Positions 53,031 through 64,000 of a stretch of DNA of 64,000 bases are shown here, piece after piece; position 1 is the first letter of the stretch, and each line of letters begins with the position of its first letter. Both the position numbers and the translations under genes were made by a program. This DNA is from the human T2T-CHM13v2.0 reference genome, Homo sapiens. The notes under the pieces were generated by a model. That model worked only from the letters and a program-made list of their open reading frames with translations. It was not told the origin of the DNA and did not search any database. Location: assembly GCF_009914755.1 (NCBI RefSeq), contig NC_060940.1. The stretch is one strand, 5' to 3'.

Positions 53031-54079
53031 AACCCTCATGAACCCACACCATCATTGCTACAAACTCTCTCAGCCTAGGCCACTAAGACACTTGCAAATG
53101 TCAGTAGCATGAATTACAGCTGAAGAAACAACATGAGGACTACATTACTGCATCCACCTGGAACCAAAGCTGACACACCTCACCAAACTGACACCCCAAG
53201 ACCTATTTACACAAATAAATCTTTCCCTATGAAACCTACTCCATAAATTGAAAGAGGTGATTTTACACCAGATGCACAGAAATCAAGGTAGCAACACATC
53301 AAACATGAAAAAACAAAGAAAAATGACACCTCCAAAGGAACACAATAATTTTCCAGTATAATTCCCTAATCATAAGGAAATATATAAAATGCCAGAAAAA
53401 GAATTTGAAATAATAATCTTAAGAAAATTTAGTGAGATACAAGTTTATCTATAATACAAATAGTCAATTCAACAAAATAAGGAAAACAATTCATGATTTG
53501 AATGAGATATTCAACAAAGAGATAATCATTTTTAAAAAGAGTCAAACAGAACTCCTAGAGCTGAAGAATTCAAAGAATGAAATAAAATATAAAATCAAGA
53601 GCTTCAACAACAGACTAGATCAAGCAGAAGAAAACATTTCTAAACTTGAAGACAGGTCTTTGAAATAACACAGGAAGATAAAAAAGAAAAGGAAAAAAAG
53701 AATACTTAGAAAAGAATAAAGAAAGAAAGCATACAGGATGTATGGGATACCATTAAGCAAACAAATATTCACATGTTGCAGAAGGAAAAGAGGGTGTTGC
53801 AGAAGGAAAAGAGGGTTTTGCAGAAGGAAAAGAGAAGAGAAAAGGGATAGAAAATATATTTAAGGAAGTATTAGCTTAAAACTAATGGGTGTTGTAGAAG
53901 GAAAAGAGAAGAGAAAAGGGATAGAAAATATATTTAAGGAAATATTAGCTTAAAACTTCCCAAGTTTGGGGAGAGAGATGGATATCCAGTTTCAGGATTC
54001 TCAAAGAACTCCAAATAGGTTAAACCAAACCAGATTCTTTCTGAGGCACATTATAGTCAAATTGTCAAAAGTGAAAGAC

Positions 54080-54394
54080 AGCCAGGTGTGGCGGCTCATG
54101 CCTGTAATCTTAGCATTTTGGGAGGCCAAGGCAGGAAGATTGCTTGAGCTCAGGAGTTTAAGACCAGCCTGGGCAACATGGCAAAACCCTGTCTCTACAA
54201 AAAGCATGAAAAATTAGTTGGGCATTGTGGGGCAAGGCTGTAGTCCCAGACACTTGAGAGACTGAGGTGGGAAGATTGCTTGAGCCTGGGAGGTCAAAGT
54301 TGCAGTGAGCTGAGATAGCACCACTGCACTCCACCCTGGGTGACAAAGTGAGACCCTGTCTCAGAAAATTAAAAAAAAAAAAAAAAAAAAAAAA
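54080..54394 (+). mobile_element. AluJ inserted in L1 ORF1
   Basis: Full Alu with poly(A); L1 resumes at AAGAATTCTCAAAGCAGCAAGAG. Confidence 0.93.
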
Positions 54395-56778
54395 GGCGAA
54401 GACAAAGAATTCTCAAAGCAGCAAGAGAAAAGCATCAAGTCATATATCAGGGAATCTCCATTAGACTAATAGCAGATTTCTCAGCAGAAACCTTACAGGC
54501 CAGGAGAGAAGGGAATGATATCTTTAAAGCACTGAAGGGAGAAATAAAAGCTACCAACCAAGAATATTATAGCCAGCAAAGCTGTCCTCTAGAAATGAAA
54601 GAGAGATAAAATCTTTCACAATAAAAAAATAGAAGAATTTATCAGCATTACACTGGCCTTATTAGAAATATTCAGAAGAGTCTTACATCTGGAAGTGAAA
54701 AACTGATAACCATCATCATGAGAGAATGTAAAACCATAAAACTCCCTGGTAGATCCCATATACAAAGGAGAAAGAGAAAGGAATCAAACCTTTTCATTAC
54801 AAAATCCCCACCCGATTATAAAAATAAACAATAAGAGAGGAAGTAAGGAACAAAGGATGTACAAAAAAACCAGGAAAAAAATGAATAGAATGACAAGGAT
54901 AAGTCTTCACCTATCGGTGATAACCTTAAATGTAAGTGAATTAAATTTCTCATTTAAAAGATATAGACTGGCTGAATGGACAAATAAACAAGACCTAACT
55001 ATATGCTGCCTATCAGAAACTCAACCTAATCTGTAAAGACACAGCTAGGCTTAAAGTAAATAGATGGAAAAAGGCATGTCATGCACATGGAAACCAAAAG
55101 CAAGCAGGAGTAACTGTATCTATACAGTTTTGTGTGTATCTATATCACACAAAACAGACTTTAAGTCAAAAGCTGTAAAAATGAACAAAGAAGGACATTA
55201 TATAATAATAAAGGGATTAATTTGACAAGTGACTATAAGAAATGTAAATATATATGCATCCAACATTGGAGCACCCAGATATATGAAGCAAATATTACTA
55301 GATCTAAAGGGAGATATAGACCCTAATACAATAGTAGCTGAAGACTTTGGCATCCTACTCAACAAAGCATCCTATTCTCCGCTTTGAACAGATCATCTAG
55401 ACAGAAATCAACAAAGAAACATTGAATTTAAACTGTACTATTGACCAAATGTACCTAACAGATATTTATAGAAGATTTCACCCAACAGTTGCAGAATACA
55501 CATTATTTTCATTAACACATAGAACATTTTCCAGAATTGGCCATATGTTAGGACACAAAACAAGTCTCAAAAAATTTTTCAAAATCAAAATTATATCAAG
55601 TATCTTATCAAACCAGAATGTAATAAAACTAGAAAGAAATCACAAGAGGAATATATATAACTACAAATACTTGAACATTAAACAACATACTTCTGAATGA
55701 CTAGTGGGTGGAGGAAAAAATTAAGAATAAAATTTAAAAATTTCTAGAAACAAATGAAAATAGAAACATAACATACCAAAACCTATGGGACACAGCAAAA
55801 GCAGTAAAAAGAGGCAAGAGACCTCTTAAAAACAAATGCCTACATTTAAAAAAAAAAAAACTAGAAAAATTTCAAATAAACAACCTAATGATACATCTCA
55901 AGGAACTAGAGAAGCAAGAAAAATTAAACCAAAAACTAGTAGGAGTAAAGAAATAATAAAGATCAGGAGATAAATAAATGAAATTGAAACTAAAAAAATA
56001 CAAAAAATCAAAACACATAAAAAACGGTTTTTGGGAAAGATAAAATTGATAAACCATAAGCTAGACTGAGAAAGAAAGAGAAGAGCTAAATAAATGAAAC
56101 AAAAAAATGAAAAGAAGATGTCACAATGGATACCACAGAAATACAAAGTATTATGTAGACAACTATGATGAACTATATGCCAATAAATTTAAAAACCTAG
56201 AAGAAATGGATAAATTCCTAGGCATATACAACCTACCGAGATTGAATCAAGAAGAAATAGAAAACCTGAACTGACCAATAACAAGTCATGAGATTGAATC
56301 AGTAATAAAAAGTCTCCCAAAAAAGAAAAGTCCAGAACCAATTGTTTTGCAAAATTCTACTGAAACTTTAAAGAAAAATTAATACCAATCTTCTCAAAAT
56401 ATTTCAGATAACTTAAGTGGAAGGAATACTTTCCAACCACTTTACAGGGCTAACATAATCCTGATACCAAAACCAGAAAAGCCCAGGACAAAATAGAAAA
56501 CTAAAGGGCAACATCCCTAATAAACATAGACACAGAAATCTTCAACACTAGCAAACCAAATCTGATAAGACATCAAAAAGATAATAGTTCAAGATCCAGC
56601 AGAATATCCTAGGAATGCAGGGATGGCTGAACATATAATAAACATCTTACATTACATGAATAGAATGAAGGACAAAACCCATATGCATCTCAATAGATGC
56701 AGAAAACGCTTATGATAAAATTCAACATCTTTTGTGATACAAATTCCCAATAAATCAGGTATAGAAATAAAGTACTTT

Positions 56779-57159
<381 letters not shown>

Positions 57160-60100
57160 TTAAACGTCCTCTAAGAACTGGAACAAGACAAGGATGCCAC
57201 TTCTATTCAACATAGTACTGGAAGTTCTAGCCAGGGCAGTTGGGCAAGAGAAAGAAATAAAGGGCATCCAAATTGGAAAGGAGAAGTCAAATTTTCCTTG
57301 TTTGTAGATGACATCATCTTATGTACAGAGAAAAACTAAAGACTGTACCAAAAAAGTCTTAGAACTGATAAGTTATCAGTTAACTTGCCAGATACAAAAG
57401 ATAATTCAGTTAAGTTGCCAGATACAAAATCAACGTACAAAAATCAGTAGCATTTGTATACACAATGAACTAGCTGAAAAAGAAATCAAGAAGTTAATCT
57501 GATTTATAATAGCTGCAAAAAATAATAAAATACATAGGAATAAATTTAACCAAGGAGGTGAAAGACCTTTACAAGTGGAACTACAAAACACTGATGAAAG
57601 AAATTGAAAAGGATACACACAAATAGAAAAACATGGATTGGAAGAATTAATATTGTTAAAATGACCATACTACCCAAAGCAATCTACAGATTCAATGAAA
57701 GCCCTATCAAAATACCAATGACATTCTTCAGAGAAACCAAAAAAAATTCTAAAATCTGTATAGAGCCAGAAAAGACCCCAAATAGCCAAAGCAATCCTGA
57801 GCAAAAAGAAAAACGCTGGAGGCATTACACTACCAGACTTCAAAATTACCACAAAGCTGTAGTAACCAAAACAGCATGATACTAGCATAAAAACAGTAAC
57901 TTATACCAATGGCACAGAATAGAGACCACCCAAAATTAATCCACCTATCCTCAGCCAACTGATTTTTGACAAAGGCACCAAGAACGTATGCCTTTGTCAA
58001 AAGGCATTTTAACAAGAAAGGATAGTCTCTTCAATAAATAGCGCTGGAAAAACTGGATATCTACATGCAGAAGAATGAAACTAGACTTCTACCTTTCACC
58101 CTATATAAAAATCAACTCAAAATGAATCAAAGACTTAAGCCTAACACCCAAAAGCATAAAAGTACTAGAATAAACCAAAAGGGAAAAGCTTCAGGACATG
58201 GTTTGGGGGAAAAATTATGACTAAGACCTCAAAAGCCCAGCCAACAAAAGCAAAAATAAACAAATGAAATTATATCAAACTAAAAAATGTCTGCACAGCA
58301 AAGGTAACAATCAATAGAGTAAAAAGACCACCTACAGAATGGGAGAAAACATTTGCAAACTATTCATCTGACCAGGGATTAATATCCAGAATATACAAGA
58401 AACTCAAACATCTCAACAGCATAAAAACAAACAATAAAATTTCAAAATGAGTAAATTATCTGAATAGGCACTTCTCAAAGAAGACATACAAATGTCCAAC
58501 AAATATATGAAAAAAAATGCTCAACATAACGAATCATCAAGGAAATGCAAATCAAAACCACAAGGAAGTATCATCTCATCCCAGTTAGGATGGCTATTAT
58601 CAAAAAGACGAAAAATAACAAGTTCTGGAGAAAATGCCGAGAAAGGGAACTCTTATACACTGTTGGTAGAAATGTAAATTAGTTTAGCCACTATGAAGAA
58701 TAGTATGGAGTTTCCTCAAAAATCTACAGATAGAATTACCATATGATCCAGCTATTCCATTATTGGGCATTTATCCAAAGGAAAGAAAATCAGTACTTAG
58801 AAGAGATACCTGTACTCCCATGCTTATTGCATCACTATTCACAATAGCCAAGATATAGAATCAACCTAGGTGTCCAACAACAGATGAATGGATAAAGAAA
58901 CTGTGGCATATATACACAATGGAATACTATTCAGCCATAAAATAAGAATGCCAAAAATCTTGCCATTTTTGGCAACATGAATGGAACTAGAGGATATTAC
59001 ATTAATTGAAATTAGCTAGGAACAGAAAGTTGAACATTGCATGTTCTCACTCATATATAGAAGCTTTAAAAAAGTTGATCTTATACAACTAAAAAAGAAT
59101 AGATGGTACTAGAGGCTGGGAAGAGTGGGGGAAGGGGAGGAATAAGGAGATTTGTTAAAGGATACACAATTACAATTGGATAGGAGGAATGTTTCAGTGT
59201 ACTATAGCACTGTAGGATGACTAGAGTTAACAATAATATATTACATAGTTTCAAGTAGCTAGAAGGAGGATATTGAATGTTCTCAGCCCAAAGAAGTGAT
59301 AAATGTTTGAGATTATGAATATGCTAATTTCCCTAATCTCATCACTATACATCATATGTATTGCAACATCACTGTGTACCCTGTAAGTATGTACAATTAT
59401 TATGTGACAATTTAAAGAATTTAAAAAATAATGTCTGCAGTGTTTTATCCATATTCCTCTTAAAAGCATTTATGATTTTCATTGTGTTGCCATCACCCAT
59501 ATATTAGCTCTCTCTTCCCTACCCTTTTAAGGCAAAACCATGTATGGTTTATCTTGGTATCCTCCAACTTAGTCTTCAGAAATGTGTAAAGTGTACAAAA
59601 AATGTTGATCACGATGAAGTGCACACATTTAAGGACTTTAGATAACACAGTTTTGTTGAATCTAGTTTCATTCTCAAGTGTATGTTTTTGTGTTCTTTTA
59701 ACATTTAAAATGTTATGGCATTTTAATTCTTAATAAAAATCAATGTTTTGGTGACCCTATTAACCAAAACCTGTAACTATCCAAATGTAGCCATGGTAAA
59801 TCTTCCTGTACTCCAGTCAGTCGGGTACCATCCTCATCTGCCAATATCACATTAAGCATTTTTCTCATTTGTGCTTACTCAAACCATTTTCACCTACTGC
59901 CTCTTTCTACCCATCTTTTGAAGACCATATAAAATCCTACCTCATCCTTGAAGTCATTAATCCAGAGATGTGCTGCATTTCAATCCTTGCCACATACTTA
60001 ACATTTTCTTCTTTTGACTCCATTATAAGATCCATTTTCCTGCATATTTAATGGCTCTTCAAGCCAGCTGCAAGCCCCTTGCAGTCATAGGTTTTACTAA

Positions 60101-60915
60101 TGTCCTGCTCCATGGTCTCAACACACCCATGCCCACAGTCACCAGGACTGGAACAATTGTCATTCCCATGCCTACAGCTCAATACTGGAATTATCTCATT
60201 GCCCAGACTTCGGTTCTAGAATTACTGAGTCTAGCTCCCCACCTTCCCCACCAAATCTCTTCTTGCATTGACACTCCCTGATCTATACCTTACTTGATTT
60301 TACACCTTGTCTCATGCTTTTTGTTCTAGCTCTAAGAGGTGACCCTGGCCCTGACCTATCACTTCCTATGGATATTGACTCCACACATCAGGGTAACAAG
60401 ATAAGAGTGGCCATACCCAGATTTTCTCAAATGCTATCATCTCTTCCTCCTGCCAGATAAGGAATATCAAACAGCATAAACTAGTTCTTAGTCATGCTAA
60501 GCATCCTTTGGTTCCTGGGAAAGTGATTTGTGTACTGTTGAGTTCCAAAATAGAATCAGAGTATTAATTACAATGAGGGATGTATCAGAGTATTAATTCT
60601 AAAGAGGAAAGAGTGTGAACAGAGTATAATATACAGTAAACTTGGAAATGCTTTCTTTGCATAGACATAGCCTATATGACAAGTATTTTTTATGTTTGGA
60701 AAATTGTGATAATTCTCTACCCTAGTCTCTTCACACATACTGTGAAATAAAGTTATTGAGGGAGAAGTGAAGTACAGAGTGAGTTCCAGGCAACAAAGGA
60801 AAAATTCTAACTAAATTGACCATTAGTTTAGGATTTCATTGTTGTTATTTCCCCAAAATGGAGGCTTCTAAATTGTAAATGAGCAAACAGTTCCTGGGTA
60901 CTGGATTATATGCTT

Positions 60916-60974
60916 CAGTGTGTTGGTAAACCAGCTCTCAAAACAAAACAAACCAACCAAGTGCACATACAAAT

Positions 60975-61008
<34 letters not shown>

Positions 61009-61150
61009 CCTGGTTGGTAGTGTTTACCAACTTCTATGAAGTAAATATTCCTACTATGGCTAATTTCAAACTACCAAATGTTTTGCAACTGGTTGGAAAA
61101 TCACTGCATCTTTTAAATACAGATACCCAGGCAGTACCAGCACCCCATAA
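60916..61150. mobile_element. MER63-like hAT MITE containing (CA)n
   Basis: CAGTGTGTTGGTAAACCAGCTCTC...GTAAATATTCCTACTATGGCTAATTTCAAACTACC; (CA)n at ~60977-61004. Confidence 0.65.
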
Positions 61151-63143
61151 TACAAGTGACTATGCCAAGTGCTATGAGAGATACTAAAGCCCCTCTCCCT
61201 GACCTCATTGAGCCTACATTCTAGTAGAGACACAGACATACCCATTTTGATTAATTGCTTTGCTTTTTTCCAAAAGAAATCCACATCAGCATTAGTACTT
61301 ATTGTTCTTTGGAGCCCATCAAGGTAAGTACAGTGAGTTTCCCAAAGGTTCAATTCTCAAAGATTGAAAAGTTGACAATTTGTAACAATGCAGCTATAAT
61401 ACCATCTCTTCCGAATGTTCTACCTTATTACATTTTAAAGACCCACACTGTAATAGGATTCTTGGGTAATTTCTATTTAGCATTACGGCATTTGTGGCTA
61501 GACATAACTAGTCTCTCAAGATATTTAAAGACCATTAGCAAAAAAAAAAAAAAAGAGTAGGACTCACTTCAACAGAAATCCTTTGATGGAACAAGATAAA
61601 AATTACTTCATTTGCTCTCAGATTTTGTATTATTTATGAAAAAATCACAAATCACTGGGGAAGGGCAGCAAATAGACATAAAATCATGTCGTGGAAACCC
61701 ATGCTTCACTTATGTACAGCATGTACTGAAAATATTCCCCTGCTCCTTAGCCAAATGTGTAAAATGACCTCTGTGGTAAGACAGTTCACTCAGTAGTGAG
61801 ACTAGTAAAGAGCTTGCAGAGATTTCTTTCTCCAGTAATGGGGAAAGTCTTTGAGATTTGGATTTGTTTTCCAAGTAAATTTTGGGAAAAAAACCAAGAC
61901 TAAAAAAGTAAGAATGAGAAAAAGTTTACTTTTATAGGTTTCATAAAGAGGGTTTCAAAGATCTAAAACAACAAAAGCAAGATAATACTAAGCAAGGTCC
62001 CACGCAGCTCACCTTGAATTTGGCCACAGATTTTCCTCTTTCAAATTGTTCTCAACTTTTCTGCTGTGGCCACCTCATATTCTCTCCATCTCAGCCATGT
62101 CATGTCTTTCTCACTGTACTGGATTTTTTTGAAAGCCTAGACTCCTGAAACCAGGAAGAGTCATACGTTTACTTTTACACAGCCTTCTTAGTGATGATTA
62201 TCTGTAGATGTTTAGTTACTGATGTTGCTTCCTCACACTTCTATAACTTCTATCTGTCTTTCTCTGAGAAATTTCCCCACACCCTTTAGTATCTGGCTGT
62301 CAATGTAAACACATTCATGGGGCTTTGGTGCCTGATGGATAGGCCTGGATTTGAGTTCCTTCCCCTACCCCTCCCTTCATTTACTGTGTTCCACTAGGTA
62401 AGCTTAGACAACCTCTTTAACCTTCTGAAGAAGTTTTTTCATCTCTCAAAGGGGTATATAGTAACACTTTACAAATGTATTTAATTAATCAGTTCAAATG
62501 CATCCAGAAAGGTCTATGTACTCTCCCCAGCCAGAGTACACAGAGTTCTCTCCTCCCAAGAAGGAATCTCTCCATTTCTTGTCTTCCTAAAGACTCAATT
62601 AGATGTGCACCTGATTGTCCTCACTGCATTGAAGCCTACTTGAAGTAGCGTTCAATCCATCATATTCATATGCGTTCATTATAGTCGAGTGCCAACCAAT
62701 GTCTAGCAGAATGCCTTGCACACTGGAATCTTCTTAAAGGCATGTAGCATGTGTGTTCTGTTTATTGTGTCAGTATTTCATCATAGTGCTTGATAAAAAC
62801 TAGAAATGCAAGAAATACGTGTTAGATGTAGAATAGGCACACAAGTAATACATTAATATGTTTTGCAAGAAATGATGCATAAATCAATGGTGGCCAGTTG
62901 TGGGTTCTTGAAAGTTCTTGTTCACCATTGTATGCCTGGTGTTCAATATATACATGCGAAATAAATGATTCATGAGTGAATTAATCAATGAATCAATTGA
63001 TAAATCCAGTGGCCTAGTGTCTCCTATTGCTCCATGGAAGGCAACTTGCAGACTAAAAGAATTGCTGGTGGAGTTTGAGTAGCATTATACCATTAGAACC
63101 AATGGAACAGGTGCCGCACAAAAACAGGCGAGTTTTCACTAAA

Positions 63144-63350
63144 CTGGCGATTTCCAACCAGGGCAATTTTGCCCACTAGGAGATATTTAGCAATATCTGG
63201 AGGCATTTTTGGTTGTCACCACTGGTAGGCTGCTATGTGCAGGTAGAGTCCACGGTTGCTGCTATACGTCCTACAATATACAGGACAGCTCCCACAACAA
63301 ATAATTATTGAGCCCCCGATATCAATAGTGCAGAGGTTGAAAAACTCCGC
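63144..63350 (+). mobile_element. MER20 hAT MITE
   Basis: GCAATATCTGGAGGCATTTTTGGTTGTCAC...TCAATAGTGCAGAGGTTGAAAAAC. Confidence 0.85.
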
Positions 63351-64000
63351 TTTACATGATCGGCTATGAAGAGGGGTTTTTTTCGTAACGACACATTAAA
63401 ATTGGGTCAAAATGACTATAATGGCCTGCCTCATTCACAGAATCATAAAACATCATGGTTCCAAGGAACAATGGAGACCATGAGATCCAAACTCCTTATT
63501 TCACAATGAGGACCCTACAAGTCCAGACCGGAAAGTGAATGCTCAAAGTTGCACAAAGTCACACAGCTGGTAAATGGCTGAGCTAAGATAAGAACCCAGG
63601 CTCCCAGTTCCCAGGCTATTCACAAGGTCTTGTCCCACTCTTTTCCCAAGTGCTAGCAATTGAGCCACCCTTTAACTCTCACCTGCAGGTTCAGCCCCAG
63701 CACAGGTATTGCAGCCAGTGTTATCCCTGGGTTCGAGCATCCTTTCCCAACTTCCATCATTCACATCCAATATCAATGACTTTTGCCATATCCATAAACC
63801 ACCCATAGTATTATTTACATAAAAATTTTATTTAAATTAATGTTGACTTTTTTCTTTAATTAAAAGTTTAATAAGCAAATACTTTACCAGTACTGTAAGT
63901 AAAAGTTGGTGTCATGGCCATAATTTAAAAAGAACTAAAAATGGGCCCAATATAAACAAAAATGCTGTTCAGTGCTACTTTGTTAATGTTGCCTCTTTAA

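Noticed and set aside
60555-60598. 15-bp direct repeat ATCAGAGTATTAATT
   Set aside because: Small local duplication with no sign of function.

Overview
Primate (very probably human) non-genic DNA, rich in repeats and AT. It holds 13 Alus, many L1/L2/MIR fragments, MaLR/ERVL/ERV1 solo LTRs, hAT and Tc/mariner MITEs, and microsatellites. No spliced protein-coding gene can be supported. The only ORF with a recognisable cellular protein is a full-length processed TPM3 retrocopy (Tpm3.1/Tm5NM1 isoform, ~49134-51235). Its 248-codon frame is uninterrupted, but the ATG has become ACG in a strong Kozak context. About 170 bp downstream sits an old but complete ~8 kb L1MA4-like element with TSDs. That L1 has an ~79-bp tandem array in its 5'UTR and several fold-back or templated-insertion scars. 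About 8.4 kb upstream is a MER41B solo LTR that keeps both tandem STAT GAS motifs. I found no convincing new biological system. The best hypothesis to test is a possibly interferon-responsive, non-AUG-translatable or RNA-acting TPM3 retrocopy. Repeat subfamily names and the TPM3 comparison come from my recall of consensus sequences, not from a search.
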